Part shown: positions 9,096-18,066 of the stretch, piece after piece
Numbering within the stretch: position 1 is the stretch's first letter
Layout: every line of letters begins with the position of its first letter
Program-made: the position numbers and the translations under genes
Assembly (NCBI GenBank): GCA_902563435.1
Contig: CACEXE010000004.1
Location: 6,990 to 70,989, forward strand
DNA: 64,000 bases
Origin: an uncultured Pelagibacteraceae bacterium
Lineage (GTDB): Bacteria > Pseudomonadota > Alphaproteobacteria > Pelagibacterales > Pelagibacteraceae
Reading direction: 5' to 3'
The notes under the pieces: generated by a model
Seen by the model: the letters and a program-made list of their open reading frames with translations, nothing else
Told to the model about the DNA's origin: nothing
Database searches by the model: none

Positions 9096-9959
9096 ATGTC
9101 TAAAACAAAAAATTCGATATCAAAAGTATTTGATTTAAATGCTATAGAACCCAAGCCCAGAACTAAATCACAACTGTGGTTGAAAGATGTGGGTTTTGAT
9201 GAAGGCCCTTGGTATCACGAAAGAATGGGACTTCGTGAATTAGAAGACTTTTTAGAGGTTGCTGGTAACAGGATTGACCATGTTAAAATTGCAACAATGC
9301 AAGTTCTTGGACATCCAAAGGAATGGTTGGAACGTAAAAATGATCTTTACAAAAAACACTCGATAGAGCCTTACTTAGATCATGGTTATTTTATAAAAGC
9401 TTTTAAAAAGGGAAAAGTAAATGAAGCAATTGATGTTGCGGCAGATTTAGGATTTTCTGCAATGGAATTCATGAATACATTTGGAGACATCCCTGAAAAT
9501 CAAATTAAAGCTTGGTGCAATCATGCGATTAAAAATGGAATGAATATAATTTATGAACATCATCCAGAAAGTGGATGGGATAAAACAAAAAAAAATACCC
9601 CAGCAACATTAAAACAAATTATTGAAAGTGCTGAACCTTTTTTTGAATATGGAGCATTTTCAATGCTTATTGATCATGAAGAAATTGAACTTCATGATAG
9701 CAAGTCAGATGTACTTACTGGAGTGCTCGAACACTTTGGTAAAAATAAGGTTGCATTTGAAGTTACTTCACCAAAGGAAGCTGAAGTGAGATGGTATTCA
9801 GACATACTTAATTATTTTGAACTTTTTGGTACAGATTGTAATTTAACTAATATTATGCCTAGCCAAGTAATGCTGATTGATCCATTAAGGTCTGGAGAGA
9901 GACCTGCTGAAATTTTATTTGATAAGTATCCAGAATTAGTTTCAGTTAAAGATAAATAA
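9096..9959 (+). CDS. Second, highly divergent ComA/phosphosulfolactate synthase-fold protein
   Basis: KPR...D.G, LEDFLEVAGNRIDHVK, LGFSAME, VAFE and NLTNI motifs; ATG at 9096 preferred over TTG at 9072. Confidence 0.65.
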   Translation: MSKTKNSISKVFDLNAIEPKPRTKSQLWLKDVGFDEGPWYHERMGLRELEDFLEVAGNRIDHVKIATMQVLGHPKEWLERKNDLYKKHSIEPYLDHGYFIKAFKKGKVNEAIDVAADLGFSAMEFMNTFGDIPENQIKAWCNHAIKNGMNIIYEHHPESGWDKTKKNTPATLKQIIESAEPFFEYGAFSMLIDHEEIELHDSKSDVLTGVLEHFGKNKVAFEVTSPKEAEVRWYSDILNYFELFGTDCNLTNIMPSQVMLIDPLRSGERPAEILFDKYPELVSVKDK

Positions 9960-9984
9960 AAATAATTAATTCTTAAAATTTTAT

Positions 9985-10992
9985 TTAACTCTTTGAATTA
10001 TACTGAGGATGTTTTGATGGAGGCCTGTTTTTATGATTTACAACGATTGATCCATCAACAACTTTAATATCATAACCCCAATTATCCCAACCTTTTAATG
10101 ATAATGGTTCACCAAGTTTGTCCTCGAGTGTTCGTGGGTAAACATAACAGCCTTCACTATCTCCATATTGAGCTCTCGCTTCTTCCATTTTTTTTTTAAC
10201 TTCCATATGCAAGTCTAATGGAACATTTAAATGTTGTCCAAGTAAGTAACTTAAATTCATATCTTTGCATGCTAAATCCATTGTAAATCCAGCTTCATAT
10301 TTTTGATTAAAAATGTGAGGCACAACTGTTTCCCACGCAAAGGAGTTTCCGGCTGAAACTCTAATAGCATCAAAAAAACTCTCTAAGTCTAATCCTGCTC
10401 TTTTAGCAATCATCATACACTCAGATGCTGCAACCATATTAGTAAATGCAAGCATGTTTGAAACAACTTTTGCAATAGCTCCTGCTCCTATTTCTCCACA
10501 TAAGACAACAACCTCACCAATTGCATCCTGCAAAACTTCTTTCCAAATATTAAATATTTCTTTATCTCCACCGGCTAAACAAACCATATTATTATTTTGT
10601 AAAGCATGAACACCTCCGGTTAGAGTGGCCTCTAACATTGAAATACCATATGTTTTTGCTTTTTCTGATAATTTTTGTGTTTGTTTAAAATCAGTTGTGG
10701 ACGTATCTATCCAAACCATACCATTGGATGAATTTTGTAATAAACCATCAACACCATCAACAGCTTGCAAAACATGTTCTGGCTTAGGTAAACATGTTAA
10801 AACTGCTTTACATTTCTGAGCAAGATCTTTGATGGAATTTGCTTTAATAATATCCCTAGGAACATCATTGAGTTTATTTTTATCAATATCAAAGGCTACA
10901 AGGTTATACTTCTTTGATTTGTATAAATTATTTAAAATTGGTGTACCAGCATTTCCTAAACCAATCACCCCTATTGTTATGATATCGCTCAT
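9985..10992 (-). CDS. NAD(P)-dependent beta-hydroxyacid dehydrogenase (3-hydroxyisobutyrate DH family) with C-terminal extension
   Basis: GLGNAG Rossmann motif, DTST, EATLTGG, catalytic K in AKVVSN, KD motif; AAAGGAG RBS. Confidence 0.85.
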   Translation of the reverse strand: MSDIITIGVIGLGNAGTPILNNLYKSKKYNLVAFDIDKNKLNDVPRDIIKANSIKDLAQKCKAVLTCLPKPEHVLQAVDGVDGLLQNSSNGMVWIDTSTTDFKQTQKLSEKAKTYGISMLEATLTGGVHALQNNNMVCLAGGDKEIFNIWKEVLQDAIGEVVVLCGEIGAGAIAKVVSNMLAFTNMVAASECMMIAKRAGLDLESFFDAIRVSAGNSFAWETVVPHIFNQKYEAGFTMDLACKDMNLSYLLGQHLNVPLDLHMEVKKKMEEARAQYGDSEGCYVYPRTLEDKLGEPLSLKGWDNWGYDIKVVDGSIVVNHKNRPPSKHPQYNSKS

Positions 10993-11010
10993 GATCTCTC
11001 CTTTCGTAAT

Positions 11011-11793
11011 TTAAATAAATGTTGAAGATACATTTCCAAAAGCTGATGAGGTAACTTCAATCAACTTCTTTTCATTAATAGGAACAGGAAATCCATATGC
11101 TCCTGTTAAAATTAAATCATTTTTTTTCAAAATATTATTTGTATTTGCTTTATCTCTCACTAACCACTCTATTTCACTAAGCATATCAAAAGGCCATTTT
11201 TTATCTATCCATTTATCAATTACTTCATTGTCATAGATTAGTTTTAAATCAGTGATTTCATTACTGTTTGGAACTTTGTTCTCTGGTCCTAAAATAACTC
11301 CAGCATGAATTGCATTATTGGCTAAAAGTTCTGCACCATTTGGAGCATCTCCATTAAAAACTAAATTATGTATTTCTATTAAGGAATAAATTGATTGAAC
11401 AGACTCCAGTATATAATCAAATGATACTAGGTCTGGATTAATATCTCTATTAAGTATAACTCCAAATTCTGCTTCCATTGCAGGATTGAAATAATCCTTT
11501 TTATTTAGTTCAACACCGCTTTGATGTAATTCATGCTTCCAAAGGGTACCTTTTGCTGGATGAGAAAGGTCCATTTTTTTTTGAGTATCTTTTGAAATAC
11601 AGCCTATTTTGTAACCTATTATCTCCTCACCTCTTGATACTCTTAATTCTGTTACTTTATTTTGAATAAGTAAAGCATCCTCGTTGCTTACCTTTACTTT
11701 ATTTTTAAATATTTGGCTGGGTTTTTTTGCATCATAATCTTCAAGAATTTGATTTGAATATAAATCTAATTCTTTTGAAGATAATTTGTACAT
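11011..11793 (-). CDS. 2-keto-4-pentenoate hydratase-like (FAH superfamily)
   Basis: GYKIG, EAE, EI and ILTGA motifs. Confidence 0.75.
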   Translation of the reverse strand: MYKLSSKELDLYSNQILEDYDAKKPSQIFKNKVKVSNEDALLIQNKVTELRVSRGEEIIGYKIGCISKDTQKKMDLSHPAKGTLWKHELHQSGVELNKKDYFNPAMEAEFGVILNRDINPDLVSFDYILESVQSIYSLIEIHNLVFNGDAPNGAELLANNAIHAGVILGPENKVPNSNEITDLKLIYDNEVIDKWIDKKWPFDMLSEIEWLVRDKANTNNILKKNDLILTGAYGFPVPINEKKLIEVTSSAFGNVSSTFI

Positions 11794-12182
11794 TAAATTA
11801 ACATGATTACTAAGAATAACATCTGAACAAAGTTAATCACAACAGATATAAAGTGTGAATATTTAAATTTTTTATCCTGCCTTTCGTCTCTATATTTATT
11901 AATCAAAGGCATTAATAAATAATTTGAAGTCGCAAACAAAAGTGTAATTACTAGTATTAAATAAAAATCTATTCCTAATTTACTTAAGAATAAAAAAGTT
12001 AATAAAACAATTAAACTTAAACCTAGGTTAACATTGTAATAAAAAGGAAATATTCTTCTTATAAACTTTCGAGCATTTTCTTCATCTAAGGTGGTGAATA
12101 CTACTGGTGCAATAACAAATGAAAAGAATAACATTATTCCTAAAATCATTGCTGTTAAATAAATACTAATCTGTTCAAACAT
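11793..12182 (-). CDS. DUF4149-like 4-TM membrane protein
   Basis: FFSFVIAPVVF...FIRRIFPFYY...P.IN...F...H..SV.IN pattern. Confidence 0.65.
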   Translation of the reverse strand: MFEQISIYLTAMILGIMLFFSFVIAPVVFTTLDEENARKFIRRIFPFYYNVNLGLSLIVLLTFLFLSKLGIDFYLILVITLLFATSNYLLMPLINKYRDERQDKKFKYSHFISVVINFVQMLFLVIMLI

Positions 12183-12185
12183 AAT

Positions 12186-12371
12186 TTAGTTTTCTAATGA
12201 ATTTTCTTCTTTCATTAATATTGGTCTACCATCATGTGCAGTATTAAGAGGTATAATTTTACCTTTATATTTAGCGCATAAAGTTGGGGCACTTCTGACC
12301 TCTTCTCCTAATCTTACTTCCAAATCAACAATTACTAATTTTGCATCTTCTAATTCTTTTAATATTCTCAT
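12186..12371 (-). CDS. Small hypothetical protein
   Basis: AAAGGA RBS; tightly packed in the operon. Confidence 0.6.
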   Translation of the reverse strand: MRILKELEDAKLVIVDLEVRLGEEVRSAPTLCAKYKGKIIPLNTAHDGRPILMKEENSLEN

Positions 12372-12398
12372 TTTAGTCCTTTGGTTAATTAATTTAAT

Positions 12399-12842
12399 TT
12401 AATGGCAGGCCTGATTATGTTTTTTTAATCTCCAATAGTTGTATGGCCAAGGAGTAACAAACCCAACTCCTAACATTATAGGAACTACCCACCAGGTAAG
12501 CATTGCGCCACCTGTTAATACATAATCTGTAATATTCATTGCTACTTCCATACTAATCATAGAAATAAAGCTCATTCCTAATGCAGTCTTCAAAGCTTTT
12601 TGAAAAGTAAAATTTTGTTTAATTAAAATAAATGTCTCTAATATTACACTTGTAATCAAACCATTAATAATAGCTAAAATCATAATACTTAAAACTGGGA
12701 ATGGAATTTTAGTTAATTGAAAAAATAGTATAGTTCCAAAATCACCAATGGCACAACCCAACAAGCACCAAGCAGTATTCTTAGCACTTCTTCTCCAAGT
12801 ATGTTTACATTTCCAATTAAAACTTATTGCTTCAGCACTCAT
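12399..12842 (-). CDS. DUF4396-like membrane protein
   Basis: CLLGCAIGD, SMISME and PYNYW motifs; C-terminal ACH. Confidence 0.7.
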   Translation of the reverse strand: MSAEAISFNWKCKHTWRRSAKNTAWCLLGCAIGDFGTILFFQLTKIPFPVLSIMILAIINGLITSVILETFILIKQNFTFQKALKTALGMSFISMISMEVAMNITDYVLTGGAMLTWWVVPIMLGVGFVTPWPYNYWRLKKHNQACH

Positions 12843-12854
12843 TTTTTCAACTTT

Positions 12855-12923
12855 TTAAAGGATATATTTATCGCCAAGATACATTGCAAAGGCAATCGCA
12901 GCACCTAATAAAATATATTTCAT
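12855..12923 (-). CDS. Putative 22-aa hydrophobic peptide MKYILLGAAIAFAMYLGDKYIL
   Basis: Manual translation; ends 12 nt upstream of the DUF4396 start on the same strand. Confidence 0.35.
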   Translation of the reverse strand: MKYILLGAAIAFAMYLGDKYIL

Positions 12924-13032
12924 ATATTAGACTTATACCTAAAATAATCTGTGTTTAAAATGTGATATTTTTTCATAATCGTAACGAAATTAGAACCTAA
13001 TTATAACAAATCGATATCATAGAAATAGAATC

Positions 13033-13173
13033 ATGAGATTATCATTATTCTTTTTTCTTCATTTAGTTGCTTTCGTGATCCTCTTAATTGTCCATCCACA
13101 TGCTCGTGCAAATGATGGATGGACAATTGAAAAACATAATCAAAACCTAACCAATATAACTCGTAAAAACTAA
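13033..13173 (+). CDS. Putative 46-aa small exported protein
   Basis: Manual translation MRLSLFFFLHLVAFVILLIVHPHARA-NDGWTIEKHNQNLTNITRKN, signal-peptide-like with an AxA site. Confidence 0.35.
   Translation: MRLSLFFFLHLVAFVILLIVHPHARANDGWTIEKHNQNLTNITRKN
13086..13128. repeat. 13-bp perfect inverted repeat (hairpin)
   Basis: AATTGTCCATCCA-N17-TGGATGGACAATT. Confidence 0.8.
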
Positions 13174-13175
13174 TT

Positions 13176-13232
13176 ATGTTTGTTGGAATGGAAGCATTAC
13201 TAATACTAAGTCTGTTAGGAATTATTTTTTAG
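13176..13232 (+). CDS. Putative 18-aa hydrophobic peptide MFVGMEALLILSLLGIIF
   Basis: Manual translation; starts 2 nt after the previous small ORF stop. Confidence 0.25.
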   Translation: MFVGMEALLILSLLGIIF

Positions 13233-13239
13233 TTAAATT

Positions 13240-15015
13240 TTATTGTCCTAGGGACTGTTTTGCTTCTTCAACAGAATAGCTAGTTCCATGTTGTTGATTA
13301 TAAGCAGCTACCGCATCAGCAAAACTTCCATAACCAAGCCCTTGTGCTGTTGCTTCTAAATCAACTGAAACACCTGCGCTTGTTGCAGCTCTAATTGTAT
13401 CTGCAACTTCTTGTAAACCGCTATTTGCTGCAGCAGCTATTCTTCCAGCATCAAATGAACTTAATGATCCTGACTGAAGTGCATTTATCATATCAACATT
13501 ATCTTGGTATGCAGCTGCATATTCCTCTACAGACCAGTTAGCATTGTGTTGTGCATTTGCTAGATCTGTTAGATCAGCATAATTATTTATATCCAAATTG
13601 TAAGTATCACCAAATGATCTTGCAAAATCATCTAAGGTAAATGAAAACTTAAAAGTATCAGAATTAATATCTAAATTTTTTGCAATATCGTTAAAGTTAT
13701 TAGCTTCATTTTGTATCAAACTGCTAAACATATCTAGATCTAATAGTTCTTTAAAATTTTTCATGGCTAATTGAGCTTTAATTGATTCAATTTCTTCAGG
13801 TGAAAGAGAAACCTCGATACCTGCATCATCAACTATAATTTCAGGAATTGGATTTTTCCAAGCATTTGCCCAATCGCTTAATGTCCAGTCTTTCATTTTA
13901 GACGCTGAAGCAACTTGAAGATTTATATCATCAAGTCTTACATTTAATTCGTCTCGATAAACTTCTAGAAATCTATTTACAGGTATACCTCCATTTTCAA
14001 GGTTCATTATTTGTAATTGAATATCATTAGACTTCTCATTTTTAGTAACTTTCATTGATTTTGTAATATCACCTAAAATTGACAATTCATTTTGAGAGAA
14101 TATTTCAAATTTGGCATTTGAAAGATCTTGCTCATACTTTTTTATAATTTTATCATTCTTAATCTTTTGAAGAATATATTCTGCAATTTTATACCCACTC
14201 AATAATCCTGAATTATTAGTATTTTTATATTTATCTATTTCAATAATAAAAGATGTTAAGAGTTCATAATCTTTGATTGCTATCGATTTTGCTAAATTTT
14301 TAGAAAGTTTTTTAAAATTTTTTTTATATTCACTATTAAATTTTTTTTCTGTCAACCTATTACTTAATTTATCGTCTGTTATATTTTTTAACTGAGATAT
14401 ATTTTTGGAAATCTTGGTATGTAATTTTGAATTATTTTTTTCTTCTTTCGTTAAGTTTATTGTTTTTATTTCAGCTTGATTTAATAGTTTATATAGAACG
14501 TAATATCTTTCTATAGCCTCCTCAGGGGTGTTTTCTAAAGATAAGCCTAGAGCTTCTCTCATTGATTTTCTAGCTTTATTCAATCCATAAATTTTTTGAA
14601 TATTTTTCTTAGTAGCGGCATTAATTTTAGGATATTTTTTCTCAAATGTTTCTAAAGACTTTTTATTATCTTTTAATTGTTGCATATAAAAAAACTCAAA
14701 ATATGCCATTCCAAGGATAACTTGGTCAGTATTTTTTTCCATCTGCCCTTTTTTGGTAATAAATGTATCAATGAACTTCTTCTGTGCGATTACTTGTTTT
14801 TGATGAAAAGAATTTTCATTATTAGGGAACATGCCATTTGGTGTATCATTTATTTTTTCAAACTTTCCAAATTTTTGAAAGTCTTCCATAAACACTCCAA
14901 TCTTGATTTCCTTTTTTGTCCTTTCTGTAGAATTAGCTGTTCCAAAAAAAACTAAAAAAAATGAAATTAATAAAAATAATTTATTTACTTTTTTGTAATT
15001 GATAAATAGATACAT
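13240..15015 (-). CDS. Large exported hypothetical protein with two C-terminal helical repeats
   Basis: N-terminal signal-like segment, Lys-rich N-half, acidic/Ala-rich C-terminus with a repeated ...AD....N.QH....SVEE unit. Confidence 0.7.
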   Translation of the reverse strand: MYLFINYKKVNKLFLLISFFLVFFGTANSTERTKKEIKIGVFMEDFQKFGKFEKINDTPNGMFPNNENSFHQKQVIAQKKFIDTFITKKGQMEKNTDQVILGMAYFEFFYMQQLKDNKKSLETFEKKYPKINAATKKNIQKIYGLNKARKSMREALGLSLENTPEEAIERYYVLYKLLNQAEIKTINLTKEEKNNSKLHTKISKNISQLKNITDDKLSNRLTEKKFNSEYKKNFKKLSKNLAKSIAIKDYELLTSFIIEIDKYKNTNNSGLLSGYKIAEYILQKIKNDKIIKKYEQDLSNAKFEIFSQNELSILGDITKSMKVTKNEKSNDIQLQIMNLENGGIPVNRFLEVYRDELNVRLDDINLQVASASKMKDWTLSDWANAWKNPIPEIIVDDAGIEVSLSPEEIESIKAQLAMKNFKELLDLDMFSSLIQNEANNFNDIAKNLDINSDTFKFSFTLDDFARSFGDTYNLDINNYADLTDLANAQHNANWSVEEYAAAYQDNVDMINALQSGSLSSFDAGRIAAAANSGLQEVADTIRAATSAGVSVDLEATAQGLGYGSFADAVAAYNQQHGTSYSVEEAKQSLGQ

Positions 15016-15880
15016 AATGTTTCTTTTTAGGTAATGGAATAATTACAGGTACATCAGCACACCTTGGAACAATTGATTTTTTTCCATAAATAATATTTTT
15101 ATCATAATTTTCAAAGTTTGTTTCTGGATGAGGATTGCCATCATTAATAATAGGCCATGCATCACACGCTCTGTAACCAAATAGTATTAAAGGTCTTGAA
15201 CCATTTGTATGATTTAAACCTGAGCCATGAATTGTTCGACAATGAAAGAATGCAACAGAGCCTGCTTTGCCAGTTAACGAAACTGCTTTTTTAAAATTAA
15301 TCTTATTTTTTTTAGTATTAATTTTACCTACAAAGTAATTATCATTGCTATGATGACTAAATAATTCTTTTTTATGAGAACCTTTTATAACCTTTAATGG
15401 ACCATTTTTTTCATCACAATCTTCTAGATAAATACCTACTGTTATTAAATCATCGTTTGTATGAGGATAAAATGCAAAGTCTTGGTGCCAATCAACTAAA
15501 CTACCTTTTTTCTTATTAGGTAATTTAAAATTTAATTTGCCTAGATGAAATCTTACTGTTCCACCAATAAGCTTTTTAACTATATCAATAATCTTTTTGT
15601 TTCTTGATAAATCATAAAATAATTTATTATTATTTTGAGGGTTATTTAATCTTAGTATTTCTTTATTTTTTGAAGAATTACTATTGAATACGAAGTGATA
15701 ATTATCGTAACTTTGTGTGCCACCTTGATCTTTAACTTTTTTTTTACTGTTCTTTTCCTTTGTTACAATCTTATTAATAAGTGAATTTAACTTATTGATA
15801 TCTTTCTTTGAAATAAGTTCATCTTTTAATAAGTAGCCGTTTTTTTTGTAGAAAATTCTTTCAGATCTAGTGATGCTCAT
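14981..15880 (-). CDS. Phytanoyl-CoA dioxygenase (PhyH) family Fe(II)/2OG oxygenase
   Basis: WHQD, ENGPL-like KNGPL, HGS..N...R motifs. Confidence 0.85.
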   Translation of the reverse strand: MSITRSERIFYKKNGYLLKDELISKKDINKLNSLINKIVTKEKNSKKKVKDQGGTQSYDNYHFVFNSNSSKNKEILRLNNPQNNNKLFYDLSRNKKIIDIVKKLIGGTVRFHLGKLNFKLPNKKKGSLVDWHQDFAFYPHTNDDLITVGIYLEDCDEKNGPLKVIKGSHKKELFSHHSNDNYFVGKINTKKNKINFKKAVSLTGKAGSVAFFHCRTIHGSGLNHTNGSRPLILFGYRACDAWPIINDGNPHPETNFENYDKNIIYGKKSIVPRCADVPVIIPLPKKKHYVSIYQLQKSK

Positions 15881-15889
15881 GATTGAATT

Positions 15890-16201
15890 TTATAATAAAA
15901 ATATAATAATCCAATACGAAAATAATCCAGATATTATTGTTGCTATTACATTTCTTGAAAAATAACCAACCAATATTGCAACTATTGCACCAAAGATTTT
16001 GGGATCATTCATTTCTATAAAAGTTCCGTAATCATTTATAAATATTCCTGGAAATATTATTGCTGGAAATACTGCTGATGGAACATATGCTAATACAGCT
16101 ATAACTCTTTCTCCTAATAAATTCCTATCTACTAAAGCAACCATAGTCATTCTCATAAAGTAAGTAATTATGCCTGCAATTATAATTGTAAACCAAGTCA
16201 T
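15890..16201 (-). CDS. azlD: AzlD-family exporter small subunit
   Basis: TY..R...L.YVP.AV pattern; downstream of azlC. Confidence 0.75.
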   Translation of the reverse strand: MTWFTIIIAGIITYFMRMTMVALVDRNLLGERVIAVLAYVPSAVFPAIIFPGIFINDYGTFIEMNDPKIFGAIVAILVGYFSRNVIATIISGLFSYWIIIFLL

Positions 16202-16884
16202 TTTTTTAACCTCAAAACTAGTGCAGCAACAAACAATGCAATTATAGGTGAAATGATTATGTATGATTTAAAAGGTGCATCAAAAAATAATAATGAACTT
16301 AATCCACACGTAATCATAACTATTACATGATCTAATTTTTTAATATCTTGAACAACAATTGCTATAAAAGTTAAAGGGACTGCAAATTTCAATCCTAATT
16401 CCTCAGGTACAAATGAACCAAGAATTATTCCAGCTAATGTTGATATTTGCCAACAAACCCAAAGAGTTCCACCACTTCCTAATAAATGATAATGAAGATG
16501 TGTTTCATTTCTATTTTTTTGAAAAAACTTATTAGACTCAGCAAATCCTTGGTCTACAACCAAGTAAGATATCAAAAGCTTTTTGACAAATGATAACTTT
16601 TCTAAATATTCTGATAAAACAGCCCCATATAATAAGTGTCTAGAATTGATTACCCCAACTGAAGTTACTGCGATTAATGCAGAAGCTCCTCCAGAAAGCA
16701 ATTGTAAGAATACTATTTGAGACGCACCACCAAAAATAATGATAGACATTGCGTAAACTAATACTGGACTAAAACCTAACTCAATACCAATTGCTCCACA
16801 TACAATTCCAAAAGGAATTACTGAAAACATATGCGGCGCAACAGCTAATATTCCTTTATTAAATATTTGTTTTTTAGATAGCAT
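16198..16884 (-). CDS. azlC: AzlC-family branched-chain amino acid exporter
   Basis: FGGASQ, NSRHLLYG and W...T..G motifs. Confidence 0.85.
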   Translation of the reverse strand: MLSKKQIFNKGILAVAPHMFSVIPFGIVCGAIGIELGFSPVLVYAMSIIIFGGASQIVFLQLLSGGASALIAVTSVGVINSRHLLYGAVLSEYLEKLSFVKKLLISYLVVDQGFAESNKFFQKNRNETHLHYHLLGSGGTLWVCWQISTLAGIILGSFVPEELGLKFAVPLTFIAIVVQDIKKLDHVIVMITCGLSSLLFFDAPFKSYIIISPIIALFVAALVLRLKK

Positions 16885-17292
16885 TTACTTAACTGGTTGA
16901 AGTGCAACTTTTAAGTATTTAGTATCTAACTTACAGTCTTTATAACCTCGTTTAACAACATTTAAATATCTTTCAGTTGGATATCTAAATTCTGTTTTAT
17001 TAACCATGATATAAGTCATCACTGTTTTATTGTAATAAGTAAAATAAAGTTTTTTATAAAGAATTGGATAATCTTCATAAACATCTAGTTTTTTTTCATC
17101 ACTTTTTGATATTTCAAATAAAGCACCAGGAACTAAAGAATTTTTACTCTTTTCGATGTCAGCAGCTCTATATTTACTTCTAAAGTTTAATCTGTAGCCT
17201 TTAAGTTCATATTTTTTTATGAAAACCGAGTCTTTACATCTTCGCTTCATTTGAAAAAGATTAAGATTACTTCCGTAAGCAAAATATAGCAT
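16885..17292 (-). CDS. Gamma-glutamylcyclotransferase family protein
   Basis: YFAYGSNL and LDVYE motifs. Confidence 0.85.
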   Translation of the reverse strand: MLYFAYGSNLNLFQMKRRCKDSVFIKKYELKGYRLNFRSKYRAADIEKSKNSLVPGALFEISKSDEKKLDVYEDYPILYKKLYFTYYNKTVMTYIMVNKTEFRYPTERYLNVVKRGYKDCKLDTKYLKVALQPVK

Positions 17293-18044
17293 TACTCTAG
17301 TTCAACAATTTTAATATTTTTTGCTTTTACAAAATCAAGGATTAGTGAATTACATAAGTTTATTTTATCTTGATCTTTTGATCTTAATACAATTGATACA
17401 CCTAATTTACCTTGTCTAAAGAAAGGATAACTACCAATTTCTACATCTTTATTATTGTCTTGGACGTTAGTTAACGAGCTTGCGATTTCACTTTCATAGG
17501 TCATTAAATTTATTGTTTTGCTAAGAATGGGGTCTCCACCTACTAATACATTACCAAGTCCCCCAATCATTGCTTTTAATATCGATGGAACTCCTGGAAG
17601 AGAAAAAACATTTTCTACATAAAATCCTGGAGCACCGCTGGTTGGGTTTAAAATTAAATTAGCTGTAACTGGCATCTTTGCCATTTTCTGTCTTCCATCA
17701 TTAAAATTACCTGGCTCATAGTATTTTTCTAAAATAGCAAAAGCCTCTTTATGAAATCCATATTCAATATTGAAAGCTTTTGATATTGATTCTGCAGTTA
17801 TGTCATCATGTGTTGGTCCAATACCACCTGTAGTAAACACATAGTTGTATTTAACTCTTAACTCATGAACAGTATCTATAATGGTTTTTTCCACATCAGG
17901 AATTACTCTTGCCTCTCCAACAGAAATTCCAAGAGAATTAAGCCAAGTAGCTAATGTGCTTGTATTCAAATCTTTTGTTCTGCCTGATAATACCTCATTA
18001 CCTATAATGATAATTGCTGCAGATATTTCTTTTTTATTAGTCAT
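17292..18044 (-). CDS. CinA-like/MoCF-domain protein (COG1058 pyrophosphatase type)
   Basis: IGNEVLSG, TGGIGPTHDDIT and LPGVP motifs; start moved to ATG 18044 to avoid overlapping sfsA. Confidence 0.85.
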   Translation of the reverse strand: MTNKKEISAAIIIIGNEVLSGRTKDLNTSTLATWLNSLGISVGEARVIPDVEKTIIDTVHELRVKYNYVFTTGGIGPTHDDITAESISKAFNIEYGFHKEAFAILEKYYEPGNFNDGRQKMAKMPVTANLILNPTSGAPGFYVENVFSLPGVPSILKAMIGGLGNVLVGGDPILSKTINLMTYESEIASSLTNVQDNNKDVEIGSYPFFRQGKLGVSIVLRSKDQDKINLCNSLILDFVKAKNIKIVELE

Positions 18045-18066
18045 TTCTAAATATAAATAAATTTCT

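Noticed and set aside
5032-9959. Coenzyme M biosynthesis cluster
   Set aside because: There are no comB-E or xcb partners, and the canonical ComA motifs are altered.
9985-10992. Calling this sulfolactaldehyde reductase (YihU)
   Set aside because: The substrate loop is TGG (carboxylate-type), not the GRT sulfonate-binding motif, so it does not independently support the sulfonate hypothesis.
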